DNA of 64,000 nucleotides from Vulcanimicrobiota bacterium (GCA_003135555.1 PLCF01000085.1:32001-96000); one strand, 5' to 3'; counted from the stretch's first letter, positions 18,002 to 27,650 are shown. Notes: generated from the letters alone by a model not told the origin. Translations and numbers: made by a program.

Positions 18002-18793
18002 ATGCGCGCCATCCGTTGGCCCCTGGCGCTGGTGATGCTCGTCGGGCTTATGAGTGCGGCGAACGGCGCCGAGGTCTCCATCCCGCCCTCGCCGGCGCAA
18101 TGGGCTACCGACACGGCCGGCTTTCTGAAGCCGCAAACAATTGCGACCCTCGACGCTCGCCTGCGCGCGTATCAAACCAGTACCGGACATCAGGTTCTGG
18201 TCTACGTTGCGCCGACGACCGGTACGACGCCGACCGAGGACTGGACGGTGCGCGCGTTTGCACGCTGGAAGGTTGGGCGCAAGGGGCTCGATGACGGTCT
18301 GATCCTGTTCGTCTTCCCGAACGATCACAAGGTGCGCATCGAGGTCGGCTACGGGCTCGAGCAAACCGTCCCCGATGCGACCGCGGCACGCATCATCCGC
18401 GACGCGATCACGCCCAAGCTTCGCGCCGGACAATCCGACGACGCCGTGTTCGCGGGCGTTGACGCGATTCTCGGCACGATCGGCGGCGAAGCGCGCGGCA
18501 AGGGCGACGTTGCGTCGGTTCCGCGCGCAACGCCGGTGCCGGAGTATTCCGACACCGGTACGGACCCGGTCGGGGTCGCACTCGGCGTCCTGCTGGGCCT
18601 GCTGATCGTGATCGGCGTTGTCGTTACGGTCGCGCGCATGCCTCGCGGACCGTATATCAGTAGCCGCAGCACCGGGTTCGGGCTCTGGAGTCTGCTCTCG
18701 GTGGGCGCCGGCTTCGTGGGCGGCGGCGGCGGCGGCGGATTTTCGGGAGGCGGCGGTTTCTCGGGCGGGGGAGGAGCGACCGGGTCATGGTGA
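18002..18793 (+). CDS. TPM-domain protein (YgcG-like)
   Basis: WKVGRKGLDDG, RIEVGYGLE, Gly-rich GGGGFSGGGGATGSW tail. Confidence 0.92.
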   Translation: MRAIRWPLALVMLVGLMSAANGAEVSIPPSPAQWATDTAGFLKPQTIATLDARLRAYQTSTGHQVLVYVAPTTGTTPTEDWTVRAFARWKVGRKGLDDGLILFVFPNDHKVRIEVGYGLEQTVPDATAARIIRDAITPKLRAGQSDDAVFAGVDAILGTIGGEARGKGDVASVPRATPVPEYSDTGTDPVGVALGVLLGLLIVIGVVVTVARMPRGPYISSRSTGFGLWSLLSVGAGFVGGGGGGGFSGGGGFSGGGGATGSW

Positions 18794-19194
18794 ACGCGGG
18801 GCTGCACCGGTTCGTCGACAAGAAGCGCGTTCGGGAGGCGATCGTTCGGGCCGAAGAAGCGACGGCTGCACCGATCGCGGTTTCGATCGTCCCGCACGTC
18901 CCGGGCGACGTTCATGCTGCGGCGCTGCGTGCTCTCCATCGACGTGGTCTGTCCCGCGCGCCCGATCGCAATGCCGTGCATTTCTTCGTCGTCCCGTCGC
19001 GGCGCGAATTTGCGGTCGTCGGCGACGCGGGGGCCCACGAACGGCTCGGGCAAGACGTGTGGAATAGCGTGGCCGCGACGGTCGAGAAGCATTTTCGCCT
19101 GGGCGATCCGACCGCCGGCTTAGTTGCAGGGATCGAAGAAGTGGGCCGCCATTTGGCACGGCACTTCCCGCGCCAGCCGCCCTCCTCGCGCTAG
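18787..19194 (+). CDS. TPM-domain protein (short)
   Basis: AEEATAAPI, RNAV.F, GLVAGIEEVG..LARHFP; third gene of the lemA operon. Confidence 0.85.
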   Translation: MVNAGLHRFVDKKRVREAIVRAEEATAAPIAVSIVPHVPGDVHAAALRALHRRGLSRAPDRNAVHFFVVPSRREFAVVGDAGAHERLGQDVWNSVAATVEKHFRLGDPTAGLVAGIEEVGRHLARHFPRQPPSSR

Positions 19195-19230
19195 AAGTAC
19201 ACGATCAGCGGCTAGCGCCTTCGGCGAAGC

Positions 19231-19659
19231 TTAGGCCGGCTGGGCCGCGGGCGGCTTGAGCGCGGTGCGGTAGCCCGCATAGACGGCGATCGCATAGAAC
19301 AGCACGTCCATGATGTTGAAGTCGGCGCGCAGCGCGTCTACGGCGAATGCGGGCCGGCGTGCTAACGCGAGCAGCACGACGGCGATCGGATAGTGCTCGT
19401 GCTGCGCGATCGTGACGCCCACGGCGCCCAGATTGCCGAGCACGCAACCCAAGAACGCGACAACGCCGGCGATGACGCCGTCGGCGCGTTCGCGCCCGCC
19501 GCTGAGCGTGCGCATCCCGAGGCCGGCCAAAAAGCCGACGCCCAGCGCCATGTAACCGATCTGATAGCTGGTCGCCGCGGTGATGGCGGCCCAGGCGATC
19601 GCGCCGACGATCGCGCCGGCGATTGCGGCGAGCGTGCCGGCCAGGAGTTTGGGGCTCAT
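19231..19659 (-). CDS. Hypothetical membrane protein
   Basis: 142 aa with about 4 hydrophobic helices. Confidence 0.75.
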   Translation of the reverse strand: MSPKLLAGTLAAIAGAIVGAIAWAAITAATSYQIGYMALGVGFLAGLGMRTLSGGRERADGVIAGVVAFLGCVLGNLGAVGVTIAQHEHYPIAVVLLALARRPAFAVDALRADFNIMDVLFYAIAVYAGYRTALKPPAAQPA

Positions 19660-19719
19660 GAGGGTCTTTTCGAACGGTTGCTCTGCCGGCCCTTCCCAGC
19701 GTGCGGGTGACCTGAGCGG

Positions 19720-21120
19720 CTACGTCGTTGCCGGAACGGGCGCGTTGTCCTCGAGCAGCGCCGTGAGCTTCTTGCGACGCCAAAAACCGTAGTAGTAGAT
19801 CGTCTGGAAGATCAAGCCGCAGCAGAACGCGACGGGATAGGCCACCCACACGCCGCGCAAGCCGTATTTCGGCGCGAGCGCGTAGGCGACCGGGACCTCG
19901 ATCGCCCAGATGGCGATGATCGAGAGCAGCGTCGGCCACACCACGGTGCCGCTCGAGCGCATCAAGCCCGAGAGCACGCTGGTGGTTCCGAAGACCGCGT
20001 AGCTCCACAGCGTGATCGCGAGCAAGTCGTGCGCCGTCGCGATGACCTTGGCGTCGGTGACGAACAGGGTGAGGATCGCGTCGTTGAAGACGTAGACGAG
20101 CCCGATGAGGGCGCCGCAGATCACCCAGTTCAAGCTGATCCCGGCCCGGGCGATGCGCCGCAAGCGGTCGAAGCGCTTGGCCCCGATCGACTGCGCGCCG
20201 AAAATCGAGGATGCGATCCCGATCGAGATCGCCGGGAACTGCACGTACGACACGATCTGGTTCACCGCACCGTACGCCGCGGTCGCCGACGAGCCGAAGC
20301 GGTTGACCAGCGAGATGACGGCGATCTCGGCCAGCGATACCATGACCATTTGCAGGCCGGCGGGGATCCCGATGCGCACCAGCGCCGCCAACAGCTTTGG
20401 TTCGATGTTCATGTGGCGTACGATCGACATGTCCAGCGCGAGCGGGTTCTTCTCGGCCGCCAAGGCGATGAGCAGGTAGGCGAGACCGAAGACATTGGCC
20501 ACGATGTTGCCGACCGCCGCGCTCACGATCCCGAGCTGTGGCAGCCCGAACCAGCCGCGAATGAGCGCCGGCGTCAGGACGAGGATCAGTGCGGTGCTGA
20601 CGATGAGCGACAGGAACGGCGTCCGCGAGTCGCCGGTGCCGCGGACGAACGTCGTGTAGGCGAGGTAGACGAAGAGCAGCGGCAGCGCCAAGAACGTGAC
20701 GTGCGCGTAGGCGAGCGCATCGTCGAAGACGTCCAAGGGCGTGCCGATCAGGTGCAGCAGCGGCGTCAGAAAGAACCAGCTCGCCGCGCCGATCACCGCG
20801 CCCGCGACGAGCGCGACGGCGAGCGTCGTGCCGGCGACCGCCTTGAGCCGCTCCTCGTTGTGGGCGCCATAGGCTTGCCCGATCAGCACCGTGCTGCCGC
20901 TCGCGATCCCGATGAAGAACGCGATCATGAAGAAGAGGATCGGGAAAAGCGACGACGCGGCCGCGAGCGCGCCGACCCCGATGAGCCGCCCCAGGTAGAT
21001 GCTGTTGAGCGTCGCCGACGCCGACTGCAAAATGTTACTGAGCATCAGCGGGACGAGGAAGACCAGCATCGCCTGCCAGATCGGCCGGGAGTCGTCGAGG
21101 GCGAGGCGGCGCTGCTGCAT
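19720..21120 (-). CDS. MATE family efflux transporter
   Basis: About 12 TM segments, RGTGDSRTP, IGIPAGLQ; ATG at 21120. Confidence 0.93.
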   Translation of the reverse strand: MQQRRLALDDSRPIWQAMLVFLVPLMLSNILQSASATLNSIYLGRLIGVGALAAASSLFPILFFMIAFFIGIASGSTVLIGQAYGAHNEERLKAVAGTTLAVALVAGAVIGAASWFFLTPLLHLIGTPLDVFDDALAYAHVTFLALPLLFVYLAYTTFVRGTGDSRTPFLSLIVSTALILVLTPALIRGWFGLPQLGIVSAAVGNIVANVFGLAYLLIALAAEKNPLALDMSIVRHMNIEPKLLAALVRIGIPAGLQMVMVSLAEIAVISLVNRFGSSATAAYGAVNQIVSYVQFPAISIGIASSIFGAQSIGAKRFDRLRRIARAGISLNWVICGALIGLVYVFNDAILTLFVTDAKVIATAHDLLAITLWSYAVFGTTSVLSGLMRSSGTVVWPTLLSIIAIWAIEVPVAYALAPKYGLRGVWVAYPVAFCCGLIFQTIYYYGFWRRKKLTALLEDNAPVPATT

Positions 21121-21182
21121 CCGGGACAGTGTGCCCCATCCGGGGACACCTCTCCCGCGCGGCGAAACCACGTCCGCGCGGC

Positions 21183-21254
21183 GGGCGATTAGCTCAGCGG
21201 GAGAGCAGCTCCTTTACACGGAGAAGGTCGGCGGTTCGAATCCGTCATCGCCCA
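21183..21254 (+). tRNA. tRNA-Val(TAC); CCA not encoded
   Basis: GGGCGAT/ATCGCCC stem, CTCC-TTTACAC-GGAG arm, GGTTCGAATCC. Confidence 0.95.
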
Positions 21255-21388
21255 CATCCGGCATCCGTCCTTGTCACATTGCGACACCCATACATCCGAA
21301 CATCCGAGTCGCAGACATGCGGCCATGCCGATAGGCGTGACATGCGGATATGCGGGCATGCGCACGTCGCGACATTGCGACATGAGTT
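21255..21388. repeat. Degenerate 8-bp-period CATnnnnn array
   Basis: cattgcga, cacccata, catccgaa, catccgag ... catgcgga, tatgcggg, catgcgca, cgtcgcga, cattgcga, catgagtt, mostly in one phase. Confidence 0.75.
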
Positions 21389-21446
21389 TCATCTTGACGG
21401 CGTAACGGGCGCACATGCGCACCGATGTAAATGGCGCTGGCCTTTT

Positions 21447-22121
21447 CTATTTGCTCACTAGGACTCTCGTGAGGTCGAAGAAGCTGTCAGATGGAGCGCC
21501 GCCCGGATACGTCTGTCGCTCCTCGCCTTTTAAGCGCATCTCGGTGATGATGCCGTTCTGGATGGTAACCGCACCGTGTGAACGTCGTCTGATGGTTCCG
21601 CTCACCATCTGCGTTTCGACCTGCCCCATTTGCGACCACGATCCGGCGAACGACACGTCCAGGACGCACCGACGACTCTTCTCGTCGACGCTCGTCACAA
21701 CGACCTGGACTGTTCCCCGATCCCCGAACGTGCTCTGCACCACCGCACCAGACCACTTCGCACCCACCGAAAGGACCGCTGGCGGAGTGCCGAACATTTG
21801 CGCAGTGTAGCCTAACGGAGCGATGCCTTCCGTAACCGGGCCGTCGCCGGAAAGCAGCGTGAGCGTGTCGGTATTCTCGCGGAACTCCCGCGTAGTCTTG
21901 TGCCCTTCCGTGACTGCGTCGACCGAAAAGCGCAAGTTCGGTTGACTGTCGATTGGCTGCGGGAGAATTCTAACCGTCGTGTTGCTTACAATTGTGTGAT
22001 CGAACGGACCCGTGATCCGGCGCCTCGTTTGGAACTGCAGCACTTGGTTAGGTGCGACCTGCGGTACCAGCATCGTCGACGGTGTCGCAAGAGCGAAGAC
22101 GACTGCAGCAAGTCCGAGCAT
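21447..22121 (-). CDS. Hypothetical secreted beta-rich protein
   Basis: 224 aa ORF with hydrophobic N-terminus. Confidence 0.65.
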   Translation of the reverse strand: MLGLAAVVFALATPSTMLVPQVAPNQVLQFQTRRRITGPFDHTIVSNTTVRILPQPIDSQPNLRFSVDAVTEGHKTTREFRENTDTLTLLSGDGPVTEGIAPLGYTAQMFGTPPAVLSVGAKWSGAVVQSTFGDRGTVQVVVTSVDEKSRRCVLDVSFAGSWSQMGQVETQMVSGTIRRRSHGAVTIQNGIITEMRLKGEERQTYPGGAPSDSFFDLTRVLVSK

Positions 22122-22182
22122 GCTAAGACAACTCTCCGTGAGACGGCAATGGGACTTGTGTCAAGTACGGACGCCACGAGAC

Positions 22183-22211
22183 GGGACCTCGGCGTTCGGA
22201 GCCGAGGTCCC
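22183..22211 (-). other. GC-rich intergenic hairpin after the small Cys-rich gene
   Basis: GGGACCTCGGC-7 nt-GCCGAGGTCCC perfect 11-bp stem, no U-tract. Confidence 0.7.
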
Positions 22212-22217
22212 CGAGCC

Positions 22218-22445
22218 TCAGTTGCAACCGGGTGTGCAGTTGATGGTGTACGAGCAGTCCGCATACATCGTTTGCCTGCACGTCCAGCATTGGCCCGCAT
22301 CGTCCGTGTAGGTGTAGTTGTGAACGAACGGCCTCGTCTTGCAGCCGGTGCCACCGTCACACTGGGCCGACGCGGGTTGCGATAAGGCGAAGGCGCCAAA
22401 AGCAATCCCAAGGGCCAGGAACGATTTCAGAAAGTAGGACTTCAT
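22218..22445 (-). CDS. Small secreted cysteine-rich peptide (75 aa)
   Basis: Sec signal ending ASA|Q; mature part has 7 Cys; purine-rich TAAGGGTGAG upstream of ATG. Confidence 0.78.
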   Translation of the reverse strand: MKSYFLKSFLALGIAFGAFALSQPASAQCDGGTGCKTRPFVHNYTYTDDAGQCWTCRQTMYADCSYTINCTPGCN

Positions 22446-22668
22446 ACACTCACCCTTAATAGAGGCGCCTAGGAGGCGCTCGCAAGCTTGCGTCGTAGCC
22501 AATAGTCGCCGCGACGATGGCCAGATTGTGCCTTAATGAGCCAGTCCCTGCTTGCTTTCCCATAGGGAAAAACCGCGCGATGAGCTAACGGCGGGCTAAA
22601 ATTGTTCGAAACTGGCTCCAAGGAGTCGATTTCCGAAACGGTTACCCAAAAACGCTTAGGGTGAGGCG

Positions 22669-25062
22669 ATGAGGCCGATGTTCGCGAGCGCATGCGTCGA
22701 TTGGCTGATGTGTCGGCGGTGGCGCGCAGGCTTGGCACTCCTGCTCGCGGCGGTGTTTTGCGCGTCCGCGCTCGAAGTTGCGCGTGCTGCGCGAGGTTTG
22801 GTTGACGTACGTGTCCTCGTACGAGATGGTGCGACCGGTAAGCCGATTGCCGGTGCACTGATTCGCTTCGAGGCCAAGACCCGGAAGCTGCTCGGGCGCG
22901 CGGACCTCGACGGCGAGGCCCGATTTGTCAGCGTGCCGGCCGGCGACTACGATCTCCACGTCACCGCGCAGGACTTTCAAGATGCGCTCGTCGTCGCCCG
23001 CGTTGACGGCGAAGCGGACTTGACGTTGACGGTCGCGCTGAGAGCCGGATTGCCGCAGATCGGTTCGGTTTCCGCTCGTCGCGACACCGCCGTAGTCACG
23101 GTGTCGCGAGATGCTGCCTCCGCACGCCTGTTTCCGGATTTTGCCGATGTGCTCAACCGACTGGCCGACGCCTCGATTTCGGTTGACCAGTACGGGCGAC
23201 TTGGCGCCGTTTCGTTCGCAGGCAAGGACGCGTCGCTCTCCACGGTCACATTTGACGGCGTCGATCTCTCCGACCCAGTAGCCCGACACGCGATCGACCC
23301 CGATCTGATACAATCTGCCAGGGAAAGCGCGGCGTCGGCGACTCTGGACCTGTTCACGCTTGGGCCGACCCCATGGACCCAGTACGTCGCGGACGATGTA
23401 CTCAGCGGATATCACGGCGCGCGCACGAAGTCAACAGTCCAAACCACCGTCGGGAATGTCGGCGTCGTTGGCGAGTACGCATCGAGCTCGCAGCGAAGCG
23501 CGTTGTACGGCGCGCGCTATTTGGATTCCAGCGGGCTCGACTATGTTCACCGAGGTCGTTTCGCGAGCGATTCGGTGTTGCTGAAGGTGACTGCGCCTCT
23601 CGCGCAACGCGTCACGGCGGAGACGGAGTTTCTGTCCACGTCGTCACGGCAGCAGCCGTCCAGTCCGTATTTTTCTGGAGCGCTTCCAGCGGGAAGCGGC
23701 CCCGGGACCTTCAGTGATTCTTCCTCCACGATCGCGAGGGTCGGAATAACGGCAAATCCGGGCCACTTCTTGGTTCAATCGGGGCTTTCCGTGGTCAACA
23801 CGAACAATGTCACGAACGAACTGGCGCGATACAGCGCAGGGCAGCCCGACCCTCTGTACGCGCAAGTCCGTGGAAGACAAGTGCAGGCGAGCCTCGGCGT
23901 CGTCGACCTCGTGTCCGCTCGCGAAACGCTGAATCTGAATCTCTCCAGCATTGCGAACGACAACCACTTCACTACCGTTGTCCCGCGGTTTCAGCTAGCA
24001 TCACTCGATACTCGTGACTACACGCGCACGACGCGGCTTTCGATCCGTGACGCGCGCAGCTTCTCGTCAGCGCAGCGCCTCCTCTTCGGATTCGACGAGA
24101 GCTTCGACAATCACGGTAACGCGGGTCTGACCGCGACGGCTTCGTTCGACGTCCGAGTCGGCTCGGACGACTTCCGCCTTGGAGTCTCGCACGGAAGGGA
24201 CCTCGCAAGCCGGAGTTCGGCCTCAGCTTTCAGTGATCCACAATCCGCGTCGTACGATTGCGAGAGCGGAACGATCATTGTGGCCGGGCCCAATCAGCAG
24301 CCAACCGCTCCACGGGCCTCGGATCTGCGCCTTGATTGGGTTCACAAAGGTCGTCGTTCAGAGCTCAATGTCGAGGTTGCGCAAACGCTCTACAGCGACG
24401 TCTCCCTGTCGAGCGCCTACGTTCCGATCTCGTCCATTCCGGTCTCGATAGTACCTGCGGGATATGTCGCATCCCTGCTTGGCGCCTTCACCCAGATCGG
24501 CGGTTGCCCAAGCAGCCTTGCGGCACCAAGTCTGTACGTCACCGAGAACATCAGCGGCGCGCAGACGCGTTATGTCACGGCTCGAGTTATCGCTACCACA
24601 CACGTAGGCAGCCGCCTACAGGTGCAGTGGGCGGCGGAAGTGCAACGCGCGACTCTGGTCAGCGCGCCAGCGGTCTTGCTTGGAATCGGGTCGCCATACG
24701 TGCCAGGGGGCCAACTACCAGGTGTGCCGCTGTTTCACGCGACCGCGACGGCCGATCTGCCTTGGCAGAATCGTCGCACGGAGAGCATTCTGAGCTTAGG
24801 CTTTGTTAGCGGCAACAACGAACGCCATCTACCGGCTTATGTACAACTCACTGCCGGGGTCGCACACCGTTTGAGCGAGAACGTAGATGCGTTCCTCATT
24901 TTCGCGAACGCCGGGCACGCCTACGTGGGCCTATTCAACTCCCCGTTGTATGCCCAAGGGGTCCCGACAATCGGCGGCGGAACCCTACGGACCTTCGCCG
25001 CACCCCTCGTGCAGCCGAACGTGCACTTGAACGTCCGAGTAAAGGTCCGCCACGGCGACTGA
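22669..25062 (+). CDS. Carboxypeptidase-regulatory-like domain plus TonB-dependent-receptor-like outer-membrane protein
   Basis: VRDGATGKPIAGA...DGEARF..VPAGDY; plug-like VTFDGVDL; many amphipathic strands; start uncertain. Confidence 0.7.
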   Translation: MRPMFASACVDWLMCRRWRAGLALLLAAVFCASALEVARAARGLVDVRVLVRDGATGKPIAGALIRFEAKTRKLLGRADLDGEARFVSVPAGDYDLHVTAQDFQDALVVARVDGEADLTLTVALRAGLPQIGSVSARRDTAVVTVSRDAASARLFPDFADVLNRLADASISVDQYGRLGAVSFAGKDASLSTVTFDGVDLSDPVARHAIDPDLIQSARESAASATLDLFTLGPTPWTQYVADDVLSGYHGARTKSTVQTTVGNVGVVGEYASSSQRSALYGARYLDSSGLDYVHRGRFASDSVLLKVTAPLAQRVTAETEFLSTSSRQQPSSPYFSGALPAGSGPGTFSDSSSTIARVGITANPGHFLVQSGLSVVNTNNVTNELARYSAGQPDPLYAQVRGRQVQASLGVVDLVSARETLNLNLSSIANDNHFTTVVPRFQLASLDTRDYTRTTRLSIRDARSFSSAQRLLFGFDESFDNHGNAGLTATASFDVRVGSDDFRLGVSHGRDLASRSSASAFSDPQSASYDCESGTIIVAGPNQQPTAPRASDLRLDWVHKGRRSELNVEVAQTLYSDVSLSSAYVPISSIPVSIVPAGYVASLLGAFTQIGGCPSSLAAPSLYVTENISGAQTRYVTARVIATTHVGSRLQVQWAAEVQRATLVSAPAVLLGIGSPYVPGGQLPGVPLFHATATADLPWQNRRTESILSLGFVSGNNERHLPAYVQLTAGVAHRLSENVDAFLIFANAGHAYVGLFNSPLYAQGVPTIGGGTLRTFAAPLVQPNVHLNVRVKVRHGD

Positions 25063-25175
25063 TTGCAGCAAACTCAGAGCATCTTCTTCCGGGGCTTGCG
25101 CAGGTCCGGTTGCCTGGTCGTCCCAGTTCGTCGCTTGGCGGCGAATAGCTGAGCCTGAAACGTTAAGTCCCAGCG

Positions 25176-25243
25176 GGTTACCGCGATTTCGCTGTCGACT
25201 CGGCGGGTTAGGATGATTTGACGGTTATTGTGATAGACCAACA
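25176..25243. repeat. End-like unit, copy 1
   Basis: GGTTACCGCGATTT-16-GGTTAGGATGATTT-3-GGTTATTGTGATA-GACCAACA. Confidence 0.85.
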
Positions 25244-25495
25244 TCCGGCACATGTTGCTATTGCGGCATGTGAGACCGGAGACGATGGGACGGGACTGAC
25301 CACGAACGTCCCTCCATTGCTGCATCCGACGCCGGCATACGTGGCGGAATAGCCGCCATGGGACTTGCTCTGCGCGCTAACGTGGTGCAGACATCCGTGA
25401 GAGTTTCCAAATAGAAATGAAGCCGAATCCAGGAGGGCCAGGCCGCGCCAAGGCGGATTCGAGGGAAGGCCTCGCCCGTTTTTGAATCACACGCC

Positions 25496-26410
25496 ATGCG
25501 CCGATGCTTTGTTCATGTTGGCACGCATAAGACCGGAACGACGTCCGTACAGGCCTTCCTGGCGATGAATCACAGAGCGTTGCTTTCGGCCGGGATTCTC
25601 GCGCCGTTGACCGGGCGCCCGAGTCACTTACCCGACTACCCAAACTTCGGTCATCACAACATTGCATGGGAATTGAACGAGGACCCTCGTTTCCGGCCCG
25701 AGTCGGGAACGTTGAACGAGCTCGTATCGGAGATAGCGCGTGTCGCGTCGCACACAGTAGTTTTGAGTTCGGAGGATTTTGAATACCTTCATGCAAAGCC
25801 GGCGGCCTTGCATGAGCTGGCTCGCGCGTTGTGCGATATTGGTTACGGAATTGAATTCATCGCGTACCTGCGTCCACAAGGTGAATACGCGCAATCGCTA
25901 TATCTTACGTTACTCCTGTTCGGCCTTAACCTGAGTTTTTCGGACTTTCTCGATATAGTACTTCAGCGTGGCGCCTTTACGTTTTCCGAACGTTGGATCT
26001 TCCAATTCGACTACACAAAACTGCTCGATGCTCTTGCTGATGTGGCCGGGCCTTCCGGCATGTCCGTGCGGCGCTATCGCCAGGACGCTGAAGCTAGTCT
26101 CCTACTCGCCGAGTTCGCTTCAATTGTGCAGACCCCAAGCGGAAAGGCGGCGTTCGACCAATTTAACCTGCCCGACCGAATGAATCGTAGAATATCGCTG
26201 GAAACCGCTTGCGAACTCTTAGTAGATAACCAAGATCCGTCGCACCATCGCGAAATACGGGAGGCGGCATCGCCGGGTTCATTTTGGAAAGCTGAGGACG
26301 GAGCCCGACTTCTCGCGCGATTTAGCGCGGAAAATGATGATCTCGCCAAAAAATATGCACTCCACCTTCCAGTCCTTGGTTCTGCCTTTAGCAATGAGCG
26401 TGCGCCTTAG
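25496..26410 (+). CDS. Sulfotransferase-like P-loop protein
   Basis: HVGTHKTGTTSVQ, VVLSSEDF, YLRPQ motifs. Confidence 0.75.
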   Translation: MRRCFVHVGTHKTGTTSVQAFLAMNHRALLSAGILAPLTGRPSHLPDYPNFGHHNIAWELNEDPRFRPESGTLNELVSEIARVASHTVVLSSEDFEYLHAKPAALHELARALCDIGYGIEFIAYLRPQGEYAQSLYLTLLLFGLNLSFSDFLDIVLQRGAFTFSERWIFQFDYTKLLDALADVAGPSGMSVRRYRQDAEASLLLAEFASIVQTPSGKAAFDQFNLPDRMNRRISLETACELLVDNQDPSHHREIREAASPGSFWKAEDGARLLARFSAENDDLAKKYALHLPVLGSAFSNERAP

Positions 26411-27147
26411 CGAGGTTCTTTCCTCCAGTATACGGCGGTCCAATCAACGGTCTCTAGCGGCTCGCGAATCGCGTTTCTGTCCCGATAGTCCTCGACCGCT
26501 TTCGCGCACGAAGGAATCGCGCCGTAATCGTCGACGATACAATACCCTCCGGCACTCACTTTAGGGTACAGTGATTCGAGCGCAATCATCGTTGACTCAT
26601 ACATGTCTCCGTCTAGCCGCAGAAGCGCAAGTTGGCCCATTGGCGCGTCTGGAAGGGTGTCGCGAAACCAGCCTTCGAGAAACCGAACCCGCTCGTCGAG
26701 CAGGCCGTACCGATCAAAAGCCCGTTGCACCTCACCTAGCGGCACAGCAAGTGCTTCAAAGGTCTGCAGCGAATCGCCGGCATCCTCGGGATAACGAATC
26801 GCGTCGGGCGCCGGCAGTCCTGCAAAGGAATCTGCGACCCAAACATACCGGTCGGAAATGCCGTACGCTTGTAAAATGCCGCGCATGAGAATTGCCGCCC
26901 CACCTCGCCAAACGCCGGTCTCGATAAAGTCACCAGGGACTCCCCGACGCAGAGTATCTCGAGCGCAGAATTCCAAGTTATCGAGGCGTTTTGGGCCAAT
27001 CATGGTGTGAGCGCGAACGGGCCAGTGCGGGCCCCTAGGCGTACCGGTTACTAAGACTTCATGGGCGTCATAAATGATATCGAGCAACGATCGTTTCAGG
27101 AGATCGATGTAGAGGGTTACGAGTCGTTCATCGTCGGTGTAGCCCAT
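26407..27147 (-). CDS. TylF/MycF/NovP-family O-methyltransferase
   Basis: PGDFIETGVWRGG, ADSFAG, GWFRDTLP, LRLDGDMYEST, VDDY. Confidence 0.93.
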   Translation of the reverse strand: MGYTDDERLVTLYIDLLKRSLLDIIYDAHEVLVTGTPRGPHWPVRAHTMIGPKRLDNLEFCARDTLRRGVPGDFIETGVWRGGAAILMRGILQAYGISDRYVWVADSFAGLPAPDAIRYPEDAGDSLQTFEALAVPLGEVQRAFDRYGLLDERVRFLEGWFRDTLPDAPMGQLALLRLDGDMYESTMIALESLYPKVSAGGYCIVDDYGAIPSCAKAVEDYRDRNAIREPLETVDWTAVYWRKEPR

Positions 27148-27269
27148 GGAGTCCCCGCGTATCGGTTCGCGTGAAATAGTGGATCACAATTCTGCGTTGG
27201 CCCCGAAGAGGGGTGCTGCCATCCGCCCTGCAGAGGTCAGCCTCATTGATTGTGGCCCACGATCGGGCA

Positions 27270-27337
27270 GGTTAGCGCGATTTCGCCAACGAGCATCTCG
27301 GTTAGGGTGATTTGCGGATTATTGTGATAGACCAACA
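27270..27337. repeat. End-like unit, copy 2
   Basis: GGTTAGCGCGATTT-16-GGTTAGGGTGATTT-3-GATTATTGTGATA-GACCAACA. Confidence 0.85.
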
Positions 27338-27614
27338 TTACGTATCCGAGCATGCACATGCTTTATCCGGCGCGACGCAAACCTGGAAACCATCCGTCGC
27401 GGCGTCGAACTACGAACAGCCTCGTCCCTGAACGCTTTACCGTCGGCGAAATGCGGCTGACGGCGCGCTAGGGGCGACCACCGCAAGGCCGTAATTCGTT
27501 CTATCCAGAAAACTTTTTCGATGCTGCTCCAGTTCGTAATGGGCACGCTAGCCCGTTGAGGCAACGCGCACTTCAGGGTGCAACTATCAGGTCTTCGAAA
27601 ACAGCAGACGTGCG

Positions 27615-27650
27615 CGCTGCTTTATCACGATAACCCTCGTCGCGGTGACT
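27615..27650. repeat. Partial inverted copy of the end-like unit
   Basis: CGCTGCTT-TATCACGATAACC (reverse complement of the terminal box), then a weaker CGTCGCGGTGACT box. Confidence 0.55.

Noticed and set aside
21249..21256. Reverse complement TGTGGGCG equals the Tn7 terminal octamer
   Set aside because: It is mostly the tRNA acceptor stem and has no TnsB-like repeats behind it; likely coincidence.
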